The notes under the pieces are model-generated. The model had not been told where the DNA came from and made no database searches. It saw only the letters and a program-made list of their open reading frames with translations. A stretch of DNA of 64,000 nucleotides from Oopsacas minuta (Eukaryota; Animalia; Porifera), in the NCBI GenBank assembly GCA_024704765.1, contig JAKMXF010000333.1, positions 124,001-188,000 of the forward strand. Reading direction: 5' to 3'. Position 1 is the stretch's first letter; every line of letters begins with the position of its first letter. A program made the position numbers and the translations under genes. This document shows, one piece after another, positions 13,601-28,600 of the stretch.

Positions 13601-16600
13601 GATCTATCAGTCCCTCCTAATAGTGTGAATGAAGTTACGAATGCTTTTACAAACTTAAATGAGAGAAATTTACAAGAATTTATTCCCGATACCACTAATC
13701 CTGAACTAATAGCATTCGACCTGGATCTCAACTCTAACCAATTATTTTTATTCTTTGATGAATTCGTAGATCCTAATTCTGTCCGTGTAGATGGCATAGC
13801 ATTACAGGGAGCTTCCAACTCCAGTATGAATATTTCTTCTTTCAGTTTATCCGCCGCAACTGTAGATTCTCTCATAGTTTCTTCTATGATAACTCTGAAT
13901 CTAGGAGTTGATGCTCGACCACTTAAGATCTCAGGCTTTGCTACTGAAGAGAATAATACATATTTAGCATTAACACCAATTTTTATTCGTGACACGAATA
14001 ATAATCAAGTTGTGGAAATCTCAGCTGAAAGTGCTGCACAAGTGAGAAACTTAACTGATGATACCTCTCCCCCAACCTTAACATCATTTGTTCTTAATCT
14101 CAACACCGACCAGCTTACTTTCACATTTAACGAACCCTTGAAAGCTCCATTAACTAATATTAGTGGGTTTGAACTCCAATCTTCCAATTCTATAAATCCT
14201 ACACTCTCTATTGCCATACTTGGTGATATTAGCAATTCACTAGGCTTGCCTCTTCAGAATGGAGACTCTATAATTGTGATCTCTTTAACATCATCCACAA
14301 TTCTAGCAATCAAGGGCGATCCTGATATTGGAACTTCACAAAGTAATACCTTTTTGAAGTTGGAGTCTTTCACCATATTTGACACAACTGATCGACCTAA
14401 TTTTGAAATTATTCAAGCTGTATCTTCCATCATGCCTGATACCACACCTGCTACACTTAGCTCATTCGTTATTGATCTCAATAGTAATCAGTTGATACTT
14501 ACATTTACTGACGTTGTCAACAGCAGTTCAGTCATATTTAACTTTATTGTCTTGCAGGATAATCCTTCAGCTGTACAATCTCTCCGTCTCTCTCAGGGAA
14601 TTAGTTCTGGTGTTAATGATTTCACATTTTCACTTAACTTAACTCTATTTGATGTTATAGAACTCAAGGACAATACTAATCTTGCAACAGATATTTCTAA
14701 TGCATATATTACCTTCAGATCCTTCACATTCACTGATACCTCAGGTCTTTCAGTAGTAGCAATTAATGACGGTAACGGAAAAGCTGCCCAAGAAGTCATA
14801 CCTGATAGTATACCACCTATACTAGTGTCCTTCAATTTGAATTTGGACACTGGTGTTCTCATTCTGATATTTGATGAGCCAGTTGATATCAGCTCCCTGA
14901 ATACTTCCTTAATTACCATTCAGAGTACCAGCACTTCCCCAATCTTCACTGTTTCTCTAACAGGTCTAGCCAACATTTTTGCTGAATCTCCGTCAACTGA
15001 GCTAGTTATCACCCTTCTCGAGACTGATCTCAATGCTCTACAAATTAGAAGATTTCTTGCTGTAACCAACACATCTACTTATATACTTTTGGGTTCGGAA
15101 ATCCTCACTGATAAATCTGGCAATCCTTTTCAAGCTCAGCTAATCGGTACAATTGTAGATGAGTATACTGATGATCAAACATCTCCTTCATTAGTCTCCT
15201 TCAGTAGCTTTGATCTCAATGAAGGATTAGTTACATTAACCCTTAGTGAACCTGTAGATGTGACTTCAATAAATGCCTCAGCTTTTGTTCTACAAAATAC
15301 CATTGTCATTAACACTGTTCTCTCCGATACATTCTATAGATTAACTGGATTTATATGCAATGATAGCTTCTCGTGTATAGACAATGATACTATTACATTT
15401 GGCATCACTGATACTGACCTGAATGAGATTAAACGCAGAACTAGTCTCTGTAGTGTAATGAGCAACTGTGTTGTACAAATTGATGGAAATTTCATCACTG
15501 ATCTCTCTGCTCTTTCGAATCCTATCATTCCTCTTCTAAATGTGTTTTCAGGTGCTGATCGGAGACTTCTTTCAAATTTTATTCCTGACGTCACATCACC
15601 GGAGCTAATTTCATTTTCTCTCGATCTCAATTCTACCACTATTACGCTATTTTATAGTGAACCTGTTGATGTATCTACAATTGCAGTTACAGGATTTCTA
15701 ATACAATCTAATAGTACCCTCCCTGCTGATTATGTGCAACTGTCTAGATCTTCTATTACAACAGTTTCTAGTTCACAAACTGTAATCTTTGAATTGGGAT
15801 CGGATGCTGATTTACTAAAGGCCAAGCCATTTGCTACTTCTATTAATGATACTTTTATTGTAGTATTTATCAATGCTACTCAAGATGTTGCTCTACCTAC
15901 TCCGAACTCAATTCAACCTATTCTACGCTCCAATCCATTGCAAGCTACGGATGTAATCTCCGATTTTATTTTACCTGAATTATCTAGTTTCATTCTTGAT
16001 CTCAACACGAACACACTCCGCTTGACTTTTTCAGAAGCGATATTAAGTACTAACATTAATGTTACTAAACTCAGTTTACAGAATTCACTCAATTCTCCTT
16101 CTTCAACTCTCCAAATTGCAGGAGATCTCCTTGACCCAAACAATAACCCAATACTTGATGGTGCTACCATAGTATATATCCGGTTGGACGACCAATTTGT
16201 TGTTGACCTCAAGTCAGATACATCTACAGGAACAAATGTTCTTAATACCTTTCTCAGAGCTAGCGACGACACTTTCCAAGATACTCGCAATCAACCCAAT
16301 CTATTATCTATTACCCAGGCTTCAAATGTCATTACAGATACCTCACCTGCAGAACTCTTCGATTTCTCTATTGATATGAATATTGGCCTACTTGTACTGT
16401 CCTTCACTGATGTTATTAACCCGATCACTGCTGTATTCTCCTCTATTACCTTACAAAATGCTGCCTCTGCTACAGTAACATTTGAGTTAAGTGGAGGAAG
16501 CTCCAATAGCTCTTCTGGATACTTTATAAATGTTTTCCTCAGCGAATTTGATTTGATTTCAATCAAACGTCAGCCTCAACTATTCACTAGCGAATTCAAT

Positions 16601-19600
16601 TCCTATATTACTATTCGTGCTGACGCTTTTAAGGATATTGCCAATCAAGATCTAATTGCAGTTACCGATGGAAATGGTATTCAAGCTACTAGCTTCATAG
16701 TTGATTCTACAAGTCCTATTCTTATTGACTTCTCGTTGGATATGAACACAGGTGATTTATTCTTAACATTTGATGAACCTATTTCGGATGGTTCGAGTTA
16801 CATTTCTGGTATCACTCTACAGAATAGGAATGTTTCATACACTCAATCTTATCAATTGACGATTGCAGAAAGCATATCTTTTAATGAAGATTCTAGGATT
16901 GCAACTATACGTTTATCATTGTATGATATTCAAAATCTGAAGAATCTCACTAATCTTGCTGTTAGTGAGGCAACAACTTATCTAACTCTTGATGCTGGAT
17001 TCAATGACACAACTAGTAATCTTATTCAGAGTATTTTGACTGGAAAGATAGTGAATGTGTTCACTACCGACTCTACTGAACCTTCTCTAGTATCTTTTCT
17101 TCTATTTGATCTTAATAATGGTTTAATCTCTCTTGCTTTTGATGAACCTGTTGATGCTTCAAATCTTAACTTCACTGAAATTACTTTACAGAATAGTCTG
17201 CTAGTTCCTCTTTCCAACACTCAATCATATTATTCTCTGAGTGATGGAGAATGCACACCTCAAATAGCTTGTATAGATGGACTTAATATAACTCTACGCT
17301 TACTTGAAGATGATTTAAATGAGATTAAATCTCGTACCTCTCTTTGTACTGATGTCTCTAATTGCTACATTTCATTCGGCACAAATTTTATTCGCGACCT
17401 TGCCATCCCTCAAAACAATGTATTACCACTTCCAAATGAATTGAGTAATACAATTGAACGACAATTGAGACAACTGTCACAAGATGTCACAGATCCTCGT
17501 TTGCTTACTTTTGACTTGGATCTAAATACTGATTTCTTAACTTTATATTTTGATGAACCAGTCAATGTAGCTACACTTGATGTTGAGTCTATTACTCTTC
17601 AAGAAAATTCTACTGGAGGGAACATGGTCCCGCTAAGCTTGGCTTCTTCTAACCAAACTATTGCTATTATTGTGATGCTCAACCTTAACCAAGACGGGAA
17701 TAATATTAGAGCAGCCCAGTTCCAAAACAACACACACATTTCTATCCTCTCTTCTACGATATTTGATGTAGCTTTAGAACCTAACCCAGTACAAGCTATA
17801 CCCTCTTCTAATGCTATTTCTGTTTCTCAATTCACACAAGATAACAGTACTCCTGCTATTCAACAGTTCGTTCTTGATTTAAATCTAAACTTGCTCATCC
17901 TAACTTTCACAGAAATTATTCGGGCATCTGAGCTGAATATCAATAATTTTACTTTATCAAACTCTATGTTGACTCCTACCATAACTATACCTCTTGAGGG
18001 TGACGTCTATGATTCACTAGGCCTGCCATTAAGTCAGGCTGTAGAGATTTATGCTCAACTTTCAGAATCAAATATTGTAGACATTAAAAACAATGTAAAT
18101 ATTGGGACTATTACTGGGAACACTGTTCTCTCTATTGTGTCTGGTTCCTTTTCTGATCTCTCTGGACATTACAATGAAGAACAGAGTCTATTCGCTGTTC
18201 ACATTATTCAAGACACCACACAAACTAGTCTGAGTGTTTTCGATCTGAATATGAATACTAATCAGATCGTTCTAACATTTGATGATGTGGTGAATATATC
18301 ATCAGCTCAGCTAACCTCTATTACTCTTCAAAACAATTTCTTAGCTTCAGAGAGTGTTCCTCTGACTAATGGTGATATCTTACCTCCTGATGACTTTACT
18401 GTCAGAATAGACTTGGATCCTCAAGATGTAATTTTGATTAAAGCGAATACTCTCATAGCGACATCAATGGCCAATTCATACCTCATTCTCCGTGCGAACA
18501 CTTTCTTAGACCCAGCAGGACAGGATATAGAAGGCATTCCCGATGGTAATGCCATACAAGTACATCTCTTTACTCCGGATACAACTCCTCCCTTGCTTGA
18601 ATTCTTTAATCTGGATATGAATCTAGGAATTTTATTTATTAGTTTTAATGAGCCTATTAATGAAACTTCAGTCCGCATTGACTACCTCAGTATCCAAGAT
18701 TCATTAACTCCTTTCAACTCGATTGTTAATTTAACTTCCAATAATGAGTATACTCTTATATTCGATTCAACTGTATTATATCTTCAGTTGTCTGACTATG
18801 ATCTCAACACAATCAAATCTGAGTCACAGATTGCAACCAGTAGAAACGATACATACCTATCCTTCAGATCAGGAGCAGTTTCTGATGTATCAGCTGTTCC
18901 TATTAGCAACATCACTGGGAGACAGGTTACCAATTTTACTACTGATACCACTTCACCTAATCTCCTTAGTTTCATATCATTCGATTTAAATTCTGGTCTG
19001 CTTACCTTTCAATTTGACGAAGCTGTATCTGTATCACCTCTCAACTTTTCAGCACTTATCCTACAGAGCAATTTCCTCTCAGATTATTCAGATCCTCTCA
19101 CTTTCTTGCGATTAACAACTGGCGACTGTTCTTCCTTAATTAATTGTAGGAACGGTGTTACTATCAATTTTGAGCTCTCCGATAACGATCTTAATCAAAT
19201 CAAACTCAGACCTAATCTGTGTACTTCTATTATCAATTGTTTTCCGGTTATTTCAAGTTCTTTTCTTAGCGATCTTGCTGAAATCCCAAATCCCCTCAAC
19301 ACTGTATCAAATGGAGCTATCCAGCTGAACGAGAGAGTTCTCGGCCAGCTACTCCCAGATACTACCAATCCTTCTTTATTGTTTTTTGACTTAGATCTGA
19401 ATGCTAGTATTTTAATACTAACGTTTGATGAAGCAGTAGATCCACGCTCTTTAGATATTTCTAGTATTGCTATTCAGTCTGCTAGCAACAGCTCCACGCA
19501 GATTTATCTATCTACTGCTACCATATCCTCTCTTGATTTTACAACCGTTGTTGAAATCCAATTGAACAATGATGCTAATTTTATCAAGGTTTCTGGATTT

Positions 19601-22600
19601 GCAACCAACTTATCTAATACGTATATATCTATTCTAACAACTGCGATCACTGATGTGTCGGATAATGACGTAAATGAAATCTCAGTTGAGTCAGCCATCA
19701 ATGTTACCAACTTTCTGTCTGATTTTACCCCTCCTACACTTCTCTCTTTTACTCTGGATTTGGACGCGAACGAAATTATATTTACCTTTTCTGAATTTAT
19801 CAATTCTTTAATTGACCTTTCAAAGTTTATTATTCAGGGTACAGCTTTTGGTTCTGGGCCCTCTGTTTCTATTGACGGGATCTTGACAGACTCTTTAGGT
19901 GCGAATTTAACTGACGGTGTTGATATCGTTCGTTTAATTTTAAGCACAACTACGATTGGTTCTATCAAATCTCTCGTGACACTCGGTACTCACACAACAA
20001 ACACTTACTTCTCTATTGACGGCAGTGCGTTTAGCGATATTTCTGGGAATGACAACCTAGCAGAATTCTTAGGAGCTGCTAATGTTATTCAAGACGTTAC
20101 TCCTGCTGAATTGCAGTCTTTTGATTTGAATTTGGAGCTGAATGCACTTTTACTCAGCTTCACAGATGCTGTTGAGCCTTCAAACTTTGATTTAAGTCTT
20201 ATCCGTATTCAAAATGCTGCTACTGCTGCGGTATTCATTAGTTTAACAGGCGGTATATTGTCTCAAACTCCATCTCTATACCTAACCATACAATTGTCTA
20301 AAGATGATATCGATTCTCTAAAGGATACATCATTTCTTGCTTCCTCAGATTCAGATACATTTTTGACGATAAATGCTTCTGCAGCTAGAGACACTAGCGG
20401 ACAAAATATAGTAGGAATCTCTGATGGATCAGCTCAACCAGTTAATATATACATACCCGACCAAAGTCCGCCAGTGATTGGCGGTTTCACTCTAGATCTA
20501 GATGGTGATACTCTTACTCTCACATTTGACGAGCCGATAGCATTACCTTCGCTAGCTATAGAGAAGATTACAATTCAGAACTTGGATATATCTCCTACTG
20601 CCTCTCTGACACTTAATGGTTTTCGAACTGTTTCTATTCAACTTAAATCTACCATTCTGGAAATTGAGTTATTGGAGAGTGATGTTGACGCTATCAAACT
20701 CAATACTTTACTCGCTACTAATAGTCTAGATACATTCATTGTCTTACTTGACAATTTAATTAACGATACTGCTAACAATACATTTATAGGAAGTAGTGTT
20801 GGAATCAGTCCTTTCAGTTTCATTCCTGATACTACTTCCCCATCTCTTGTTTCGTTTGCTAGTTTTGATCTAGACAGTAGTTCTATTCAAGTTAATTTCG
20901 ATGAACCTGTCGATATATCCACTTTAACATTCTCAGGATTTACATTACAAAACGCTCTCGATGTTAATATCAGTGATCCACAAACTTTCTTCACCTTGAG
21001 TTCAAGCACGTGTTTACCTAGTCTTAATTGTACAAGCGGTAAAAATATAACTTTTTCATTGAGTGATTCTGAGTTGAATCGCATCAAACTTCTTACTTCC
21101 CTCTGTACAAGTAATTCCAATTGCTTTTTGACTATAGATGAATCTTTTATAGAAGATCATGCTGGAAATCTTGTTAGAACTTTATCAAACCTTTTTGCCA
21201 ATTCAACAGAACGCTCGTTAACTTTATTCATTCGTGATATTACACGACCTAGGCTTGATTCTTTTGATCTCAACCTTAACAACGATCAGCTTACATTGGA
21301 ATTTAGCGAGGCTATTGACACTTCCACCTTGGATGTTACTCAGATTAACCTCCACGATGTAGGAGATGGTACTGGATCTACTCTCTCATTAGAATTCTCC
21401 AGCATACTAACTGTGGGTCTTACATCAATCATTCTTCAATTAGGAGGCGATGGGGCTACTATCAGATCTTCTGGATTTGCGAATTCTGAAACCAACACAT
21501 TTCTATCTATTTCTGAATTTGCAATTAGTGATTTATCAGATCCACCCAATCAGATTGTCCCTAGGCTAGCTAACAATGCTCTTAACGTATCTTTCTTCAC
21601 AGCTGATGATAAAAACCCAGAAATATCATCATTCACCCTTGACTTAAATTCCAGTTCGATAATAATCGTCTTCTCCGAGGCTGTGAGAGCTGCTACTGAT
21701 TTCGATCTCTCTAAATCTCTTCTCCTCAATCAAGACACTGATGCTGCTCCAGTTAGCTTTCCTATCGGTGGAACTGTGGTTACTGTTGATGATGGACCAA
21801 TAACAGACGGTCTTACTTCCCTAAAGATATTATTAGATGGGCCCACAACTACAAACATTAAGGGAGATAGTCGTATTGGAACTTCTATCTCGAATACATA
21901 TTTGTCTTTCCTTGCTGGATCTTTTAGCGATATTTTTGGTCAAGTAAATTCACCAATTAATCCGCCGATTCAAGCTTTCACTGTTATTGATGACGTCACA
22001 CCTGCTACACTCAGTAACTTCACTCTTGACATGAACTCTAACACTTTAACTCTTACCTTCGATGACGTAATCGATTCTAGCTCAGTTTCTAGCTCATCGA
22101 TAACGATTCTCAACTTACCTGAATCTTTTCAGCTCACCAGTGTGACTACCGTATCTAATAACGATTTTGTTGTGGTACTAACTATATCTGAATTTGATAT
22201 AATCGGAATTAAAAGTACAGCGAACCTAGCGACTTCTCTGGAAACTACTTTTCTCTCTCTCTTGAGTACGGCATTTCAAGATACATCTTCGCTGCCAATT
22301 AACCCTGCAGTTCAAGTTCAAGTTAATAGATTTTTTGACGATATTACCCCTCCTGAAATGAATTCGTTTAGCTTAGATGTAGATTCTGCAACTCTTATTC
22401 TTTATTTTAACGAACCAATGAATATTACCACACTGAAAGTTGGTATGTTAGTCTTACAGGATCGTGTCTTGTTTGCTACTACTACCTATTCTATTACGTC
22501 AGGTAATGTAACGATAAACTCGAATCTCACTCAAATCTCTATTGATCTAGCTTATAGCGGGGACTTAGGGTTTATCAAAAACATCACATCAATTGCCACC

Positions 22601-25600
22601 CAACCATCCAACACATTTCTGCAATTTGCTACCGATACCATTCGAGATACTTTCAATAATAGTATTGGTGGAACTACAATTGGTATTCTTCCACCTCAAT
22701 TCTTTCCTGACTCTACTTCTCCAAATATCGTATCTTTCCCCCTGTTTGACCTCAATTCGGGACTTCTGACTCTGATTTTTTCAGAACCTATTGTCGTTCA
22801 GACACTTAATTTCTCTGCATTTACATTAACTCATACATTTATCGAAGATTTCTCAAACCCTGAAAACTATTATACACTTACTGGAGGAATCTGCACAGCC
22901 AGTATTTCCTGTATTGACAGTAATGAGATTACTTTCAAGTTGACAGATTATGATCTTAATCAAATAAAATCCAGGCTACAACTTTGTATAGCTACAGATA
23001 GTTGCTTACCTGTAATCGATGGTTCATTTACTCACGATCATGCACTCTTACCTAACTTCTTAACCCCTGTACTCACTGGATTTGATCTTGTTTCAAATAA
23101 AGTTTTGTCTGAACTCTTGCTTGACACTACCAGTCCATCTCTAATTGCCTCCCAATCAACTTTGGATCTTAACGCTAACTTAATTACCTTTGTATTTGAT
23201 GAGCCCGTACAGATATCTAGTCTCATGGTTAGTTCTATTGTAATTCACGAACTTATGACTGGTGGTCAATCATATTCCCTTTCTACATCTGCAACGTTGA
23301 GTTCAAACCTTACCTCTGTTACTCTCAGTCTCAACTCCGATGCAGATGAATTGAAAGCTAGACGCTTTGCTACATCTGAATCTAACACTTTTATCAGCAT
23401 ATTTAGTACAGCCATTCAAGATGTTGCCATGCCCCCTAATCAGGTAACAGAACAAACATTTGACAATTCCCAAGCTCAACAAATTGGATTTTTGATCAGA
23501 GATATGACTGATCCAAGTCTTCAATCATTCGTACTAGATTTGAACAACAATCAGCTCAGACTTACTTTCACCGAGAATATTAAAGCTTCTGCTATTAATT
23601 TGACTTTGATATATATTCATAACTCAACCAGTTCATCTATTATTATTCCTATATACGGTGATCTATTGAATAGCACCGGAGCAGCAGCTACAGACGGTAT
23701 TAATGTTGTGTTTATCCAATTGCTTAACAACACAGTGGTTACTCTCATAACTAACGTGGATGTGGGAACAGCTCAGAGTAATACATATTTGAGAATTCTA
23801 GATGATGCCTTTGTTGACATGAATGACCAACCGAATTTAGCCCAAATTACGCAAGCATCATCGGTGTTGCTGGATAATACTCCGGCAACCTTGACAAGTT
23901 TCAGTTTAAATCTCAATAGTAATCTATTAGAACTCACTTTTGATGATGTGGTAATTCCTTCTTCTCTGGTGCTGACTAGCTTCACAATACAAGATGCCCC
24001 ACTCTCAACTGAAAGACATACTTTTCTGCTTAATCCGACTGTTTCCTCTTCTCCAAGTCTCAGTATTATAGTTCCTATCTCTAGTGTAGATATTATCCAG
24101 ATCAAGAGCAACATTAATCTTGCTACGTCTATGTCTAACACATATTTGTCTTTCAGGATTGGTGGAATTCAGGACGTTGCACTAAGGAACGTTAACCCAA
24201 TTCCAGATGGGAGTGCTATAATTGCATCTTCTTACATGAACGATACTATCAATCCTATCTTGTCTAATTTCTCGTTTGATCTTAACAATGGCGAGCTATC
24301 CTTGCAATTTGATAAACCAATATTAGTATCATCATTTGATCTATCAGCTTTTACTCTACAGAGCTCTGTTGACAACCCTCTACAATCTCTTATACTCTCT
24401 ACCTCTGTATCTACTATATTTAGCTCAGATCTCACGCTGATAACCATTACTCTATCTCCACAGAACCTATACTACATTAAGACAAACAGATCTCTTGCAA
24501 TAGATGAATTCACTACATTCTTAACTGTTAACTTCAATGCTTTAACTGATACTGCTGGTAATCCTATTCTAACCATTACAAGTGGACAGTCCGTATCCGA
24601 ATTCATTCCGGATACAACTAGACCGAATCTAGTTTCATTTCAGTTATTAGATCTCAATGAAGGTTTAATAACACTTAGATTCGATGAACCAGTACTCCCT
24701 CCCCCCGTATTCTCTGGCTTCACTCTACAAAACGATTTTATGACTGATATTACAGATTCACAGCTGTTCTATACCCTCATTGAAGGGATTTGTACTGAAT
24801 CACTAGGATGCACTACCTCTAGTAACATTACATTCCAACTATCCACCTATGATATTAATCAAATTAAGTTTAGGACTGATGTGTGTATTCAAGCAACAAA
24901 TTGTGTCCCATCATTTACTGAAATATTCATTACAGATGTTGCTAAAATCCCCAATAACGTTACTGAAGTATCTAACTTCAGAACTCTGATTACTGAAAGA
25001 CTTCTTCTTGATTTCATTGAAGATACTACTGAGCCTACCATAGTTAGTTTTGATTTAGATCTTGATGAAAATATTCTAGTTATCACATTCGATGAACCTG
25101 TTGATGTATCTACTCTCAATGTGTCTGTTATATCTCTTCAAGAGTTTGTTAATGGTGGGGATAGAATTTCCCTTGAAGGCTCTACTTCTTCTGACACACG
25201 TTCTATAGTTGTCACAATTGATATCACCCTTGTTTCAGAATCGATAAAGTCATCTTCCATAGCTCTTGATACAAACACTACCTTCCTAGTTTTAGATCGC
25301 ACTGCTATTACGGATGTAGCATTTGACCCAAACTTCGTTGCAGCCATTCTTTCTTCAAACGGGCTTAGAGTTACTAATCTAACTTTCGATACAACTCCTC
25401 CCACCATCACATCATTTGTACTTAACTTGGACACAAACCAACTCATAATTACATTTTCAGAATTTGTAAGTACTACTATTTCAATCTCCAATTTACTGTT
25501 ACATAACTCTTCCTCATCCACTCTCATTAATGTTACAATTGATGGTACACCTGTTAGCGATACAGGCTCAGTTGCTCCAGCGAATGCCCAGATTATCTAC

Positions 25601-28600
25601 ATTGATCTTTCAGGACAAACAATCTCTTATATCAAAACCAATATATTCATTGGTTCCAGCATTGCCAATACTTTTCTAACCGTACAACCAGTCTCCTTCT
25701 TTGATGTTGGTAATAATCCTAATCCATTACTCTCCAACATTCCTTGTACAGCAGTTATTGCTGATGCTACTCCAGCTACATTATCCTCTTTTACAATTGA
25801 CCTAGAACAAGAGGAAATTATTCTAACCTTTGATGATATCGTAGAATCCTCAGGCAGTCAACCTCAGTTCATCATTATACAAGATGCTGCTTTAGCCAGC
25901 ATCCAGGTTCCTCTAACCGGCGGTACCCCCATTGCTTCTACAGGCCTCTCTATTACTATCAAACTTGTTGTTACTGACATAGTCCTTCTCAAAAGTGATT
26001 TGGGTATAGCAACATCTGAGAATGACACATTCATTACTATGCGAGCTGATGCTTTCGATGACGCATCTGGGTTTGATGTACTTGCAATTACAAACGGAAA
26101 TGGATTACAAGCATCTGGTTATTTAAAAGATTTAACCCCTCCGTTATTGCGAAGTTTTGGTTTGGATTTGAATCTTGGTCTATTGAGTCTCAGTTTTAAC
26201 GAGCCTGTTAAGGATACTACTCTTGATCTTTCCTTGTTCACCATACAGGCTCTTAGTCAGAGTCCTATCCAATTTGTCCAACTGAGTACTCAAATTTCAG
26301 CTGTTTCTAACGCGAATTTGACATTTGTGACAGCTGCGCTTGTAACTAGAGATGTCAACCTGATTAAAGCTAATGAATTTCTAGCGACTTCTCCTTCCAA
26401 CAGTTTCATAACTCATAGAACTGATGGTATATCAGATACTTCTGACAACCCAATCGATTCTATAAGTACTGGAGTCTCAGTCATCAGCTATGTATTTGAT
26501 GCAACAAACCCAAACCTCTTGAATTTTACACTAGACTTAAATTTGGGAAATCTAATACTCACCTTTGATGAAACAGTACGTGGCAACACTCTAACAGAAA
26601 CTAGTATAGTGCTACAGAGTACACAGAATGGCTCAGGTTCTAATCTATTATTATCTGACGTGTTTAATTCTCCTCAGGAGAATTCTGATATTCTCATTGC
26701 ACCTTTGGATCCAGCTGATTTGAACAAACTCAAGTTGCTCCGAGATCTTGGAACCAATGTTAACAACACCTATCTCACTGCCAGCCAGGGATTTGTTAGC
26801 GATATGCGAGAACAACAAGGTACAGCTGTACTCGTAGCTATCCAAGCGATATCCATTATCGATGACAAAGTTCCTCCTACCCTTCTTCTATACAACCTCA
26901 ATCTTACAGATAGCACTGTCAGCTTCAGTTTTAATGAACCAATTCTTATCTCTTCTCTCAACCTTACCCGATTTGTTATTCATAGTAACAGAGCTACACT
27001 ACTACCAGGGACTATATCCATCACTCTTGTTTTAGATAGTATTCTCTCACAAGATAGCGACTTCATAACAGCTGTCTACACTGAACCTATTCTGTTTTCT
27101 TTACGTGACACTCCTAACATTGCTAATTTTAGAAATAGTACATTTCTGACTTTCAGTGAAAATGCTTTTACAGATATATACGGGAACCCCAATATTGCCA
27201 GAGATTTGAATGATGGAATACAGGTGAATATCCTTACTGATGACCTTTCAGGTCCTCTGATGCAATCTTGGGCGATTGACATTGATAATGGACAGATTAC
27301 ATTAACTTTTAATGAAAATGTTGTCCCTCAGAATCTCCAAGCTCAGTTTATTACAATCATTGATACTCCGGGTGGGAACAATTTTTACCGACTTACCGGC
27401 GGATCCACAAACCAGATATCTGAAGTTTCTACGTTTTCATTTAATCTCACATTGATTGATTTGAATAATCTTAAGGCGAATCCTAATCTCGCAACTAGTG
27501 TGACTGACTCTTTCATAATTCTTGAACCAGAAACCTTAACTGATGTAAAGTATAACCCTATTGCTGTAGTATCTAATTTCTCTGCTATACAGGCTTCAAA
27601 CCATTTTCCGGATGCAACTCCTCCTATATTAATTGGATTCGAACTTCAAATGGAGGGTGGGACTATTCCACTACTGCTCGTACTCACATTTTCTGAGGCT
27701 GTTTTAAGTGCATCCATTAACCTCACTAGTAATTTCAAACTTTATGACACTATTGATAATACAGGTATTTCTTACACAATATTATCAGGAATTATACTAA
27801 CCCCGAATTCTGATATAGTAGTGATCCAGCTCTCTAGCTTTGATCTTGATAATATCCAAGCACTCTATCCTCTTGGGTCTACAGTTAACACAACATTCCT
27901 AACTGTACCTTCTGGCGTAGCACAGGATAGCGTGAATTTACCATCAGCTGAGATTACATTGCCTTCTCCCCTAAGAGCTAACGCTATTACTGCTGATCTT
28001 GTTCCTCCTACCCTTGTTTCATTTTCACTAGATTTGAATTTAAATATTTTGACTCTGACCTATTCTGAAGCTGTGAATATTACAACTTTCGATATTTCTA
28101 TCGTTACTCTACAGAATCGCATTCAGAATTTTACGAAATTCTTGAATCTCTCAAGTGGTAATATTTCCATTCCATCACCTAACTTGGTTTCTATCATTCT
28201 ACCTGTTACTGATATTGCTTTCCTAACTAACAGCAGTGATTTTGCTGTTTCAAATGTCACAATATTTGTGAAGGTACTTGCTGCTTCTATTCAGGATATT
28301 GCTACGAATGAAGCCTTCGGTTCTGTAAATGACAATGCTATCTCTGGTGTATTTATCCAAGATAGAACTTCTAGTTCTCTGCTCTCGTATTCACTGGATC
28401 TTGATTCCAATTTACTTAGTCTTACATTCGGTGAAGTGATGAACTCTTCAACTTTTGATCCCTCGTATAATATTCAAATCCAGAATGGACCGTCCAATCT
28501 AGTACGGTTTGTTTCTGTCCTCCTACTTAATCCAGCTGTTACATTCTCTCCTGATGGTTATGTCATTACATTTTCTCTTAATCAGACTGATGTGCGAAAT

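Noticed and set aside
14310-21870. KGD integrin-type motifs (IKGDPDIG, IKGDSRIG)
   Set aside because: Equivalent positions in other 5-mers read KTN, KSN, KRD or KNN, so the motif is not conserved.
27640-27700. Transmembrane helix in hydrophobic runs such as IPLLLVLTF
   Set aside because: The runs are too short and align with the beta-strand preceding F[SD]E in every module.
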